A stretch of 46,039 nt of DNA, filler included, from Catajapyx aquilonaris (lineage: Eukaryota): assembly GCA_000934665.2 (NCBI GenBank). It is 2 parts of 2 records of this genome, joined end to end, with 100 filler letters (N's around TTAATTAATTAA, not from the genome) between each part and the next. Parts side by side here need not be neighbours in the genome. Positions count along the whole stretch, not along the records: positions 1 to 22,922 come from JYFJ02005814.1; positions 23,023 to 46,039 come from JYFJ02005815.1. One strand, written 5' to 3'. The translations under genes and the position numbers were made by a program. The notes beneath the pieces were generated by a model, which was not told the DNA's origin, made no database searches, and worked only from the letters and a program-made list of their open reading frames with translations. This document shows, in pieces, positions 14,151 through 27,800 of the stretch. Within the stretch, counting starts at the first letter, position 1. Each line of letters opens with the position of its first letter.

Positions 14151-14936
14151 TGATTTAGTTTTTAAAAATTCATCGATAATAATATGTTATGTTTTCATCT
14201 GTAAACTGGCTTCGATAAGAAATCATCCACTGTATCGCAAATCTGTGAAAATATTAGTTCACAACTGTTGCCTACATTTAATAGTGATTCTGATTGAACC
14301 AATCACGTGCATCACATCACAATAAACAGCATTAATATTATCTCCACTTTCCCTTAGATCAGCACTACTCAACCGCCATAACATGAACCGCACGTGACCA
14401 GATTACGCATTTAAGTTTCACCTCAGACAAAAAAGTTTTGTTGGCCCCTGGAGTGACCGGAAGGAGGGGAAGAAAACCTCAGAGTAGGTAGGGGGATAGC
14501 ATCCGGAAACGGAAGTGATTAGGAGAAAGGTCTGCTAACCACCGAGGGGAAATTGATCCTTGATTCAAAATCCGCACCACGAAGAGATTTTCCTCGCAGG
14601 AAATCCGGGGCTACGGACTCTTGATTTTTTCTTTTTTCTTTTCTTTTCTTCACAACCCCCTCCTCTTCTAGCTTTGCCATTTCATCTCCCATGGTGGCCA
14701 CACGTCCACTATACCCAGCTTGACTTTTAATTCCCTGAAAATTGCCAACCCGTAGTGGTTAGTTTCTCGGAATGACTCTCTCTGACATACCTACGGAATA
14801 CCAAAAAAAAATCTTCATTGAGTTTCCATGCAGGTTGTAGGACTAGACGTTACCTGATGTAATGGCAACCAATTTCCTAACTTCAAACCTGTGTTTTAAG
14901 CCATTTACACTCTGTGTTTTCTGTAGTAGAGAGTTA

Positions 14937-15020
14937 GTGCCTATGTTTGTCCGCGGTGAGTCATCAGTACTGCGCAAAGAGGAACGATGCGCCATCTGTT
15001 GAGCCATCTATGTGGCACCA
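14937..15020 (+). mobile_element. Repeat family B, short copy
   Basis: GTGCCTATGTTTGTCCGCGGTGAGTCATCAGTACTG...GCGCCATCTGTT. Confidence 0.6.
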
Positions 15021-15969
15021 CATCCATATTTTAACTTTTTTTGGATGGTGCCATGGTGGCGAGACATCTTGTACACACTTTGTCACGTGCGCGGCTCGTT
15101 CTATCGGATACACTACTAACACCGCACTTCCCTTTACCCCTCCTACCCACTAAAGAAGGTGGGGGCAAAGCAACAAAGAGTTTTCCGGAGTACATCAACT
15201 CCTCCATGAGAAGAAAAGGCTTTAATATCCCGTCGGGCCTCGTAACTGTCTTGTCGTAGCAGACGAATGGGGACGGGGCAAAGTAAAGGGCCTCACGTCA
15301 CATCCGGATGAGGGATGGGATGCACCGGAACCGGCACGGAAACAACCAACTTGCCCAACACCTTACAGGTCATTCTTTTTCACAAAGATAACAAGGGAAA
15401 AGGAGAAGAGAAAGAAGAGAAATGGTTTCCCGCGCGCAAGTCTTGTATATTAGATGCAGGATGGTTCAGGCAAATAAAACGTTTAGAGGGTGAGAGGGTG
15501 GATGAATACAGCCTACGACACTTCCATCATCTCGGCAGCTAATAGCTATACTTTTTATAGCCTCTGAATGTAAGGTAACTGTCACAAAAAAATCTGCTTT
15601 ACTAAAGCAATCAGAGTAATGCGGGAAATCTCGCACCTTGCATTTAAAAGTCATTTATCTCGGTAAGGAGGCCCTCCATGCTCGTGAGCACAGAGATTCG
15701 CTAACACTATTTTCAGGCGCGAAGCTAATAAGCTGTAATTAAGTCGCTAATGAAGAATGTCAGGTTATATGATCCGGGAGGAGTATTCCTGTTACTGTAC
15801 TACCCTCTTTTACGTCCAGTTGCCTGAAAATCATGCATAGGTATATGTTTAATTAAGCAGGTTTCCATGCCAGATGCACCGCATTAGTATCACGGAATTG
15901 AAGTAGTTTTCCAACCCTATTCGAGTCCACTTTAAAGAAGGCTAAATAAATAAATAAATCATACGCAAA

Positions 15970-16115
15970 ATTGGCTAGAGTGTGCCTCTGCTTGTCCAGA
16001 GTGAGCCATCAGCTAGTACTGTACCACTAGCCCTCGCCAGACCGCGAGAGTGGCAGTAGTGTGCAGAGAGATATGATTCGCCATCTGTGTAAGAAATATT
16101 GTACTATGTGGACAG
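15970..16115 (+). mobile_element. Repeat family B, uninterrupted copy
   Basis: GTGCCTCTGCTTGTCCAGAGTGAGCCATCAGCTAGTAC..GAGAGTGGCAGTAGTGTG..CGCCATCTGTG..GTACTATGTGGAC. Confidence 0.7.
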
Positions 16116-16849
16116 CGATGGACAGTCGGGTGCCAGGGCAGTTCAATACGAAATAAATAGCCATTTCAGTCCAGAAAAGGCCAGAACTCGACCGAAATTA
16201 GTAGGTAAATCCATAATTAACGAGCACTTGCTAAGTCTCTCTCATCATCCTCAATAAAAAGCAGGTCGCAATAAAAGGCAACAAAAGGTGTTGTACTGTA
16301 CGCCGGCGCTTTTTTCCTGACGATGCATTTCCTCGTTGAAAATACACACACACACGCCCGCCTCTCGGAAGTCCGTAGCATGACTTCATAATTTTGCAAA
16401 TAAGCACGCACGGCATGTCAATTATCAGGCGGGTGCGAACCTTGCCCGCTTAAGGCCAAACCCCACACACACAAAATATGGTAAGCGAAGAAATAACAGA
16501 TGGAGCCACCCTCGACCCATCCAACTCTTCATCATCTCCATCCCCCCCTCCCAACACTATAAAACAGCGACGATGTGGAGAGAGTGCCCACCAATTCGCG
16601 CCAATTTACTGCCCCCTCGGGAACATTTCCATGTAGAGAGAGAGNNNNNNNGGGGGGGGGGGGTAATCGGGTTATTTATTCCGCCATGTTATAAGTGCTT
16701 CTAAAGAGGCCATCTTGTCCAGGGAGTCGGGCCGCTGCAGGTCAAAACGCCAAAAGCGCAAACAAGCAACGTTCGGGGACCATGGAGCTTATACCCGAAA
16801 AAGGTGATGAACAGCATTTATGATTCGCCCTGTATTAAGGTGTTTCCAA

Positions 16850-17150
16850 TACCAACTGCTGATACTAACAAAAACTACCCAATACTAACTACCTAACTAA
16901 TATACCTAACAAAGGGCATTAATAAAGCTAACCAATAATAATATACTGGTACCTAACAAAACTAGCGGCCTAATGTAACTACCCGATATAACTAATATGA
17001 TACATGATATACCCAATTGATATAACTAATGTGTCTAATATAACTGCCCAATATAACTAACAATTGATAACAATTGATATAACTGATGCACCTAATATAA
17101 CTACTAACTTAATTGCTATATACCTACGCGTAATGTAACTGACTGATATT
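16850..17150. repeat. Degenerate short-period tandem repeat (ATATAACTA/TACCTAA-like units)
   Basis: Recurrent ATATAACTAAT, ATACCTAAC and GATATAACT motifs. Confidence 0.7.
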
Positions 17151-18471
17151 TACAGTTGGGCCTTTCAGGCACAAAAAGTGGCATGTCCGGTTCACCTGTC
17201 GGTCGTGCAATAAATCATGCAAAAATTCGGCCTGGGAATTCTGACTGAAAGGTCATAACCTGACCTCGCGAGAAAAAAAAATGCAATATCCCTGGCATAA
17301 AAGGGTCGAGACAAATATGCACCAAATTGTGAAGTCCCATGAAGATTCTCTTCGTTCTTTTTTTTTCTTTTGTGCTGCTGCTGCTTCTTTCCTTCTCTTT
17401 CACTGTTCCACACATTTATTTCCTTTTCTGTTGGGGATCCTTGTTGCCTGAAGGGCCTTACCATCAATCACTCTTGACGGACGGCAAATAAATCGAGTGG
17501 GTGAGGCGGTGCCCACCTGCCAGGGGTCATCCCCTCCAGGCTCCCACTCCGATTAGGTCAGAAAGAATACTGCACGGTTAGATTCCGCTCATCCCACCCA
17601 ATTGGACTGTCAGTGACAGATGTGACACTCAAATTAATATAAAAAGCAGGACGTCACTTCTGTCCAATTTCTGTTATTGCCCCGAAACGGTATAATGTAA
17701 TCAACAACAATCAATCATTGTTGATTCCATGGAAACAAGTTGCCATGGAAGCCAAACCTTTCGTAATTTTTTTTTTCATATTATTTTGTGCTACTGAATG
17801 TTTGCCAAAATTCTTTTGCGAGTTTGAAGTGCTGTAAATACTGTACGAACTATTCATAAACAATGATCTTACACAAAGGATGTACCGTACAAACAATTTT
17901 TATATGCAGAGAGCTACATCCAAGTACTCAGCATTTGCACGTTCCCTCGTCTCGAAGGAGCATGAACGTAATCAGAGTAGCGGGACATGTTCCTTAAACA
18001 TTCCCTTCCTGCCTTTCGTTTTCTTTCTTTTTTTTCTTCTTCTTCTCGAACCAGCTTTCTATTGGAGCCAAGTGCGTGTGGGATTGGCAAGGTTGGATGG
18101 GTGCAGCGCTCTCCGGCGGAAAAGAAAGGAAGAGCGGAGTTAAAATGGCGGAAGGTTCCCCCGTTCCACGTGGCCGCCCGCCAAACCCAAGGAGACAGGC
18201 TTGGAAAGCCAAGGAACGGCCTAATGGAATCGAAGAGAAAGGGTTTTCGAGGAGAGGCTTGGCTTGGTTGGCAGAAGAGAGAAGGGGTGGGTGAGGTAGT
18301 GAGGGAGGGTTTTTTTTTGAAGGAAGGTTTGCTGCTCACGTTCTTGCCGCAAATGTCGGGATCGCGCCTGCTGACGGGTCTTGCTTCCCAAATGCCAACA
18401 TGCGCCATCTTTCATGCCTTTGCTGCTCCTAAGGCCCCTTTGTTGCTGCAGAACACCCTTAAGACGCTGGC

Positions 18472-18780
18472 ATGATCTTAACACTAGTAAGGTCCACCAA
18501 ATGTGACAGACAGTGACATGGGGGGGGTAGGGGGATCTGCGTTTATAACTGTATTTACTCACACTTACACGGTCAAGTATGAGTAAGAGTAAACGTATAC
18601 GAGTACAGTAAGAGTAAAAGTAAGAGTACGAGCAGCCTAAAAGCAAGCCTAAAAGTAAGAATCAGTGTAATACTGTAGTATAGCCTAAGAGTAAGAGTAA
18701 GTGTTTTACACAGAGTAAAATAATGAACTTAACACTGGTAAGGTCCACCAAGTGTGACAGACAGTGACATGGGGGGTAGG
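18472..18780. repeat. About 58-bp direct repeats flanking a (GAGTAA)n-like tract
   Basis: CTTAACACT(A/G)GTAAGGTCCACCAA(A/G)TGTGACAGACAGTGACATGGGGGG at about 18477 and about 18728, with GAGTAA/AAGTAA units between. Confidence 0.85.
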
Positions 18781-19269
18781 TGGTTTGTATTTTTCTCATT
18801 GTTTAGGCTTTCGCTCCACTATTTATCACAAATGCAGCCTCTTTCCACCTGTATTACTGTACTTGCACTGTTTGTCCCCCATGGGTGTAAAATCCAGTTT
18901 GCAAAATGACTGCCATACATTCGAGTCGGCGAATGAATCGGCAGGATTTTGCGCCACTAAAGGGACAAGAACAAGTCTCAGGTGACAACCATCTGGTTTG
19001 GCTCGGCCATTCAAAATCCCCACGTCCATTCCTGTTCGGCCCACAAGGAAGGTCGTAATGAGACTCGACATGCCATCAAGTAAATCGAGCTGCTCCACAT
19101 CCCACTATACCTCCCCTTCACACATGCACTAACCTCCAGAGAAATTTGGGTCCCGTCTAAAACATTAAATCAAATCAAGCGTTGTAAACTGCGCGTTTTG
19201 ATTATGAATTGCACAGAGCTGGACGATCCATCATTTTGGCTGCAGTTCCCCAAACACATGTGATTTCTG

Positions 19270-19700
19270 GCCAGCAGTGATCATAGCTTATAGCTCAAGA
19301 TAGCAGTGATCCCAACTAATAGTCCAAAATAACAATGGCCATTACCTGCTAGTCCAAAAGTAACAGCGATCACAACAATTACTTATAGTCCGAAACAACA
19401 ATGATCTGCCGAAAATAGCAATGATTTGTTTCTGCCAATACCAGGTAGGTATTTGACCATAACTGCTAGTCCAAAGTAGCAGCTAACATGAGTGCTGGTT
19501 AAAATAGCAGTGATCCTAGCTGACAGCGCAAAATAACAGTTATCACAACTTCTAGCCGAAAGTAGCAGTGGTCCTAACTGTCAGTTGGAAAAATTGTGCT
19601 AATGTTGACTGTAAAAGCAACTTTCAGCATAAGAGACAAAATTCGCGTGAGGCAAGCCCCATGTGGCTGGTAACTTTCAAGATAGCAGCTAACTGCTTTA
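19270..19700. repeat. Degenerate minisatellite of about 30 bp
   Basis: Repeated TAGTCCAAAATAGCAGTGATC-like units. Confidence 0.7.
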
Positions 19701-21994
19701 ACAGCAGTTAGCAGGTAATTGAATGGAGCTGTGTGGGGCAATTGGCGCAAAGTGAGAGATGTAAGTACGGAGCAATAATAAGGAGGTTGAAAAATGATAA
19801 ATGGCAGTTGGGTGGGCACATTCACTTCAGGGGAAAGATAGAATCAATGGAGGGAGGCAGAGGAGGATGGTCGTAACTAAGTGCCTCGGGGAATGGGGGT
19901 AAGGAGCAGGAAAAAAAGGTTGGGAAGGAGAGAACACCTCGGAAGTTGAAAGGAGAGAAAAATAATTCATTTTCCATAGAAAAAGAAAATCATAAATGAG
20001 GAGGCTTGTCCTTACAGTTCTAACAGGTCGTAAAATCGCGACATTTTGTAGCTGACAGAAAGCATCACTAATGACAATACCGACGTTTGTGCTTAACGTA
20101 GACTACCTCAATTAAATAAAGCACTGACATTTAAACTTAACTGTTGGACATTTTAACATAATTTCAAACCTGGTTTAATATTGAAAAGCTTTATGTTAAG
20201 TAAGGTTTGCCGTATATAGTGCTTTGTGCTTTGATTGCTGTTTTATCCTTGTCTACGAAGAATTTGCAAGGTCCTAAAATGTTCCTATACTGAACACTAA
20301 TTTGTGTTAAAATGATAGCAATATTAAATTCGGTAAAGTGCAAATTGTGTTACAGAATATTGGAAATATATCACACAGCGTACACAGAGAGTGCATCAAT
20401 AGTCTCTCGTTAAAAGGTCATGTCCAAGTCATGGCCCTAATTTAATTCACGATTTAACAAGATATAGTGCAAAAAGACAAAACACCCAGCAGCTTCCGCT
20501 TGTGTAATCAAAGAGGTGCAAAAAAAATATTTTTCCTCCCGATTTTTAATTAAAGACCTCCGAGTGATATTCAAACGCCATTAGTCTTGTCCCCTTGCTC
20601 GGCGCGCTTTTCCTGCTAATAATCACCCTGCTAATTACAAAGCCTTTCCAGACTCATACAGAGAGCACTATGTACATGAGGCCCACATAACCGTCTATGG
20701 CATAGCCCAACTCATGTTCGACACCGGATCAAACAAAGGAAACCTGACCTGGCGTGTAAGAGGTACTTGAATAAGTTCAGAGACATGAGAGGAGGGAGAA
20801 AAAAAAAGTGAGCGCTAATTTATGGCCGGATTTTCCGGGACTTTTTTCTGTAATTCCTAGTTTCATGTAGATAGACTATGTGGGACATGTGTGAAAACGT
20901 GTCAAACCGAATTTTTACAAGCCTGAAATCAGCTTTACCCTGGAGAGTTTGAATGTTTCAGTCGAAACGCCCCAATGATTTCCAGATCATAGGTCTTCAT
21001 TACCATTTCCCAAAGATCTGTCGGCTGTTCAAATCTGATCGGAGTCATAAAATAATAATTAGCAAAAAAAAACTCCATGCAAATAACTTATAAATTCCTG
21101 CGGTGAATCGTTTGATCTCGTCTAAGCAAATAATATTACTAATTAGTCACTACTCTGACCAACAAAAATTACTGATGGCATCTCTGCTGATTAATACCAG
21201 AGAAAGGGGACCAAGCAAGTAAATTATATTGACATCTTTGATTAACTTGCTATTAGGACAAATCCAGTTTCACGTACGCGATACTTTTTAAAGGCGAATT
21301 AGTCTCGTTTCACAAACTGTATTCAGTGTTCTTTCCGTTCATGATGGGTCTTCATTCCAAAAAAAGAGCGAAAAAGCGCTTTACCGACGAGCCTCAGGAA
21401 AACGAATCCTCGGAGTAAAATCCTCTTTCCGATTGCACCCATTGGAAATCCGATTCCCGACTACGCACTTCGAAGGAGGTATCTATTGGTCCGAAACAAA
21501 ACACTTTTTGTCTCTCGAAATGCACAGTCCGGGAGAGGAAGAAACAACGTTCCCAGAAAAAATAGAGACAGAGAGATATAGAGAGGGAAAAAAGGTAGGC
21601 CATCATGATGAAAACGACAACCTCCTGGGATCCATGCCCATGCTTTTTACGAAATGAAGTTCTTCACCTGTTATCATGCCCAATTAATCTGCACGAATGT
21701 CTCGCGTGTCGGTCCATGACCTTGTTGACAAGAGTGCAACAGCAACAAAAAGGGGGCATTTAAATAAGCAGGCAGCCGGAGAGCGAGGAAACACTTCTTT
21801 CTAAAACGAAGCCGCCTTTTTTCCACTCTTTAGCACCTATGCAGTCCTAAACTATAGTGTCTGACGTCGTGTACTATCCCTGGGAGACGGAAGTGCTTTA
21901 ATTCATTAATTACTGACAGAATTAAATGTTAGGCGTCACTTGCATGTCGTCAGGAGCATGCAACAACCTTTATCTAACCAGGATGACTACTTCA

Positions 21995-22560
21995 CAATAT
22001 AAATTTTTTGAATGTTTTGTAGTGGGATATATTTTGAATATATTTCGAATTTTTGACGATGTCATGTTCGCATTTTTGGATACATTTTCAAAATGTTTTA
22101 ATGTACGCATATTTTGGAATGTGCAGGCCTACAGTACACAAATTTGCAAATTTTAAAAAAAACTTCAATATTTTTTGAATGTATTGTACAATACAACATG
22201 CTACACTAGGCCTAGTTTGGAAACCTGGTCTAAATAAATGTTCAAATATTTTAATTAAAAATGTTTGTCAAAAAATATTCTGTATTTTTGAACATATTTC
22301 TCGTTTAAGACAATATTTTGTATAATTTGTGCATATTTTTTGAATGTACCGGTATTTTTAATATGTTTGAAAATGCACTGTATTTTGATACATGTTTTAA
22401 ATAAATGTATGAATATTTTGAATGTATAGCGATGTATGTAGTCTACCTTTTGAATCTTTTTGAATCTTTTTGAATCTTTTTGAAACGTTTTGAATGTGCC
22501 AGTATTTTTTGTAAACAAAAAATGATTTTAAATAGGCTACATAATTATATTTTTGTATGG
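21995..22560. repeat. AT-rich low-complexity tract with TTTTGAAT units, including (TTTTTGAATC)n
   Basis: Many TTTTGAAT(A/G/C)T motifs and a tandem at about 22448-22485. Confidence 0.7.
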
Positions 22561-22922
22561 ATTTTCTTCCAGATTTGATTCTACATTTTGAATTCAAACT
22601 GAACTCGGAGCAGGTGGTTCGGTACAGAATCTCCTACAATGATAATCAGATAGGATGGGTCGGTCTAGAATGGAAGAAGGGTTTTCAAAGAAGGGAAAAA
22701 AAGGGGGGGAAAAACTCGAGACACGCGGCCCCCCATCTGATGGATGGAAATGAAACTGGTCTCCGTGGCCAGAAGCGTCTCAACTCTCTTCCATTTACAT
22801 CGGACCCTGAGGAGCGGTTTGGTAAGGCAAAGAAAGACATCTCCTCCATCCCTCCTGCTACTGCTCCATACCCTACTCCCTGCGACAATGGATGACGTAA
22901 GGGACTTTCCGATGGCCTTGTT

Positions 22923-23022
22923 NNNNNNNNNNNNNNNNNNNNNNNNNNNNNNNNNNNNNNNNNNNNTTAATTAATTAANNNNNNNNNNNNNNNNNNNNNN
23001 NNNNNNNNNNNNNNNNNNNNNN
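22923..23022. other. Artificial 100-nt assembly spacer (44 N + TTAATTAATTAA + 44 N)
   Basis: Symmetric N runs around a palindromic 12-mer that places stop codons in all six frames. Confidence 0.92.
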
Positions 23023-24247
23023 GCCCCCCCCCCCCCTTCTCCGCAATATAAGTAGCAGGCGTGCCTTCAACGCTGGATGTTGACTCTGTCTACTCCCCGA
23101 CTTTCCTACATGTTTGCTCAGCCTTATATTGGCCATTGGCCCAGTTGGAAGGCGACTATAGGAGGGCAAGAAAGTTAAGAAAAAAGGGCGACGGAATTGT
23201 GTCAATCGCTACAATAATAATAAAAAATTGTGCCGAGAAAATCATTTCATCTAATTGCCACGCTTGATAACCAGGATTGGGACAATCACCTGCCTTTTTT
23301 GGCTGATAGTATGCATTTTTCTTACGCTTCTTCATGATTGATTGGGGAGGTATATCCGGATCCTCTTCCATTTAATCAATGGAAATATCTCGCCTTTTTT
23401 TTTTAACGAAGTCTTTTCTTCGATCGGGCATTTTTTTTTTTCCGACGGCCGGATCTTGCCTTTCAAAATCACGCTGGCACCTCACAACCATTTGCGACGG
23501 CATTGTTGTCAGGAGAATGCACATTCTGGCTCCTTTTTTTTGGGGGATGGACTGGTACTACAGCGAGCTGCTGCGTGCGTAGGATGTCTCAGGAACGAAA
23601 GTTTACATGCGCAAATTCCCTTTTCTGCATGGCCGAACTTGGATGTACAAAAAAAAATTGCAGGTTATTATTAATTGTCGCGGAGTTTTGTTTCTCAGCA
23701 ATTAATGACTAGCAGGAAACAAGCGTTTTTTTTTTTAAAATACAAATATAGTGCGTTTGGTTGTGGCACCCATTATTCGAATAATTCAGATGGAAAACCG
23801 TCGGTATTGTGATAATTAAACTCTTACGTATTCGTATGTAACCGTTGGAAAGAGAGAGCCCATATACATATCGGACTAATAAAAAATTATACTTGCAAAT
23901 CCTGGCGGCTAGGTTTGCACACATTGACTGTGTAGCACTGTCGCACAATAATACGCACAGTGATTAAGAACGTAATCTATTTTGATTTGTTTTTAGAAGG
24001 GACAATTTAGGTGGCTTGATGCAGGATCAAATTTTGCAAGCATGAAAAATGGTGTTTTACTCCTGCTTTTTAATCTAACCTATATTCTCACTATAACTGC
24101 GGTTAATTCTCCCTCATGGCTCCCGAATAATATACCGCAGTACCTAACAAGATCAACAGATACGCGCGTTGTTAAATCTTGTGCACGCGATTAAAAAACG
24201 CGACGTCGAGTGTTTACATGGACGTGGGGGTCCATCATTATACCCGA

Positions 24248-24287
24248 ACACACACCCACACCCACACCCACACACACACACACACAC
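24248..24287. repeat. (CA)n-type microsatellite
   Basis: Direct reading. Confidence 0.8.
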
Positions 24288-24777
24288 GGTACAAACTGCC
24301 AGAAAAAAGTAGTTGACCAGCAGGATTAGGCGACCCGTCGATTAATGCAGTGATGAGGATTTTGCGGCGATATTTTTTTGGTTATTTTAATTGGCACTGC
24401 AGCACAACAATCCACTAGCAAATATTTGATAGCCATAAAACGCCCCCCCCCCCCTGAAAAANNNNNNAAAAAATTGATAATTCGATCCCTCTTGTAAAAT
24501 GTACGGCCTGCTCTAAAACATTTGCGTGTCAGAGCGCAATGGGTATTTTGGGGGGTGGTCCTACCCACACGAGAAGGCTCGTGCAAACTGGCCAAGAAGT
24601 GCGAATTTATTGGTCAGTTTTGGCGGGCTTTTTCATACAATTTTTGTTTTGCCTCACTCACCAAAATTTTTTTTGGACCCAAGTGGATGTTTAAACAGTG
24701 CGGGCTTTTGCAAACTCAAAGACCCATCAGCAAGGTACATCCATTGCGCATCTCCCCACCACAATTCCATAATCCTC

Positions 24778-24781
<4 letters not shown>

Positions 24782-24808
<27 letters not shown>
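24782..24808. repeat. (CT)n microsatellite
   Basis: Direct reading. Confidence 0.85.
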
Positions 24809-24812
<4 letters not shown>

Positions 24813-27800
24813 CACCAAAACATCCCTTTGATCTGTTTGCTCCCGTGATTTGATAGGCCAGCCATGCTTTATCGCCCATCTCCTCTAGTAGGGCTCGCAT
24901 TCCACTGCTCGAAACAATGCATCCAGGCTACGTCATATGTATACATACGGTACAACATTATGTAGTGCTCGATTATCATTGTGACGGACCTCCCCTGGGG
25001 TGTTTGTACGCCTGTACAAACAGGGTTGCCGGCTTTCCAAAGCCATAATCCAGCTTTACAGTCCGGCGGAGATGGTGGAAGAGGGTTGGAGGGGGGTGTC
25101 CTTTTGTCCACACGAGCTAACAGGTTTCGCCCCCCACCCCCCTCCCTAGCCCGTTGAAGCCATTTAGGAAATTACTCCATATGGGTCGGGACGGCAGAGA
25201 TACCTTGGAAAAGCTCTGCAAATGGAGCTCGGGATTTGGAATCGAATTACAAACGGCAAGTTCCTGAGAGATAGGTGGTAATGGATTGGGGTAGTTGTAG
25301 GTGTGGCTGCGGAAAGAGATGTCGGATTGATGGGTAGGAGGGGGGGGGGGGGCTTTTAATCCGGAAGCTGAAGAGAAGATGGCCTCTCCGGAGGGGGGAT
25401 GCTGACAGTGTAGGGGGGAGAAAGAGAGCAAAGCTGGACATTAGAGGGTGTCCAATCGGAATTTGTGACGGACAGCGAGTGTCCGGTCCAACCCTCGCAA
25501 CCTGCCAAATGTCGTGACCGATCGTGGGTACAGGGTGGACCACTACCCCGAATTCGCAATTTGCTTAATCAGCACGACACTTTGGGAGTAAACTGCAATT
25601 GCAATTAGTGTTCATCCTGAACAGCCCGCAACCCAAGCGCCTCAATTGTGCGCCAGGCAGCGTATCTCGCAGGCGTTGAAGTTCCCTTCACAAAAGCAAT
25701 GTCAGATTCGTCCCTCTTGAGATTTGCTACCGAAAAAAAAGGGGGGTGGAACACTTGCTTTCCAATTTCATGGCTGAGATGGACCTGAATTGGGGGACTC
25801 CCGACAGTGTTTCGCGGACTGGAGACACTCCAGCTCGAGTCCCCTTTTGTCGGAATGCTCCGAGAATTGACCTGGTGTTGCCTGCAGGGTACTGCTGTAG
25901 TGTAAAGGGGGGGATGACCTGGACCGCTTGAATTTTCGGAGGAGGTAGGAACTTGCGCGGCACTGTGCGAAAAGGGCTTTGTGCTTCCTGGAAGCCTATT
26001 GTTTTCCGGGTATATATAGGTCGCCCGAAACTTGGTGCTGTGTTTTTGGGGGGGTCGAAATGTGCGGTGCCTCAACTTTTGCACTTCCTCCGAGAGCAAG
26101 TTTCGCGGGATATTAGCGCTTGTTTGCGGTCGTAATGTACACCAATTTAGCCAGGGCGGCGGAGGAACGGCGGTTTAGGTTGGAAGGGAGAATCAAATAC
26201 TTTCACAGGGAGGGAACGTCTCGATTATTACGAGCGACTTTGGGGATATCCCCAAAACAGCCCCCCCGTATAAGCTCCAGTATAAATATGGACCGGATTC
26301 TTAAGTATACGGTGACTTACTGCACTTGGTAATAGTCCGGCTGGATTTGTGCGCTAGTTGTTAAAGCTGTGAACAAAACGTTACCGCGAACGCCCCATTT
26401 ACTTAATGGTTCAGGGTCGTTATAGCAGCGACTTTGTTCCTGTTTGCTGTATAACTTGTTTTATAGTCCAGGCGATTCGGGTGAATCCCTCCAAACTGCT
26501 TTCTTCAGCCAGTGAGAATTGCTGAAAAAGTGCTAAAGGTGTGTTTGTATGATTTATGAAGCAAGTAAAACCATTTCCGTGTTGTTGTTATTATCAATAC
26601 CAGTCACTGTGACACAATAAAATCATTTCCATTTGTCCAAACCACCTAGGAGCAATAGTGGCAAGTGCATGTTGCAATGTGTAATTTGCATTCAACATCC
26701 AATTATTGCCCCATGCTGTTGACCAAATGTGATTACAGGGCGTACAGTGCATGCACTGTAACCATCATGTATTCCTTACACGTTCGGAGTTTCTGCAAGA
26801 TTCACATTACCATGCTGCAGACCCTGAACTGTGCCATTTCTGTCCAGACGTATAACCGCAATTGATGAAATGTAATTCACTAGAAAGATATAAAAACGTA
26901 GCATAATGCTATCTCGTGACACTCTTTTTATTTCCAGTTAATAGAAATCACTGAGAGCACCTGGCCTTGTTCCTTCCAGTCCCATTGAATATACCGTGGG
27001 ACTCGTAAGCTATATCAGGCTTTTCCTTCCCTGTGCTGCTTCTCGACTAGCTCAGGCATCGTGCACTCGAATCATGTTATTTCAAGTTTCACCTGTCTAA
27101 TCCAACCGCTTTAGGAACCCGGTTGCTAGGAGATGACACGAGTTTCTTCAAAGGAGGCCCCTCTCCCCTCTATCTCTTGTGTGTATAAAGGTCGCCTTAT
27201 TAGACCGCCTTGAAATGCCCCGGAAAATCTAGGCTGTTGAAGCGAAGCAAACGCATGGAAGGCAACGTTGTGTAGTCTCCCACGCAAGATTAGGCTTCTT
27301 TTTTTTTTTTTTTTTTGAAAACGTGAACAAGGATGGATAAAAAAAAATGTGTAGATCGCATTATAGCTTTTTCGACGTATATTTTTACAGATCCGCATGA
27401 CTACCATCTGCACTTTTTTTTATTAAAAAAAAACGATAAAGATGGAAAATATATAAGGCTGCGTAACCGCGACCTAGAAATAGCTGTTCATCTAGCTTCA
27501 GGACGATATCTCTACCGCTCTAGGGGTGGAAATAGGATTCTGGTGATCTTACCACTCACATCCTCTCTCGGCCTCATCCATTCCCATAAAACTGACAAAA
27601 GATGGCGGCCCCTTAAATCACTCCCTCCATGAAGAACGACGGTCCCGAGCACATTTTAAAATACACCTCCTCCTTATATATATATATACGGTTAGTGGAC
27701 GTCCTCTTTTTAGGTGTATAAGTGGCTCGGTCCACTGTGCCTGACTGATATTAGAGCCGTGCTGGGCACATTTCCCACCGAGAAGATCATCTTTGCCTTA

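Noticed and set aside
14854..14888. 35-nt minus-strand exon candidate (ACACAG|...CAG|GTAAC)
   Set aside because: It lacks a polypyrimidine tract. Kept only as a weak partner for the 6237-6280 site.
19270..19700. CRISPR-like array
   Set aside because: Degenerate tandem units without unique spacers, in eukaryotic DNA with no cas genes.
22888..22922. ATG GAT GAC|GTAAGG as the X11 start exon
   Set aside because: Phase 0 does not match the phase-1 exon at 29144, and it lies across the artificial spacer.
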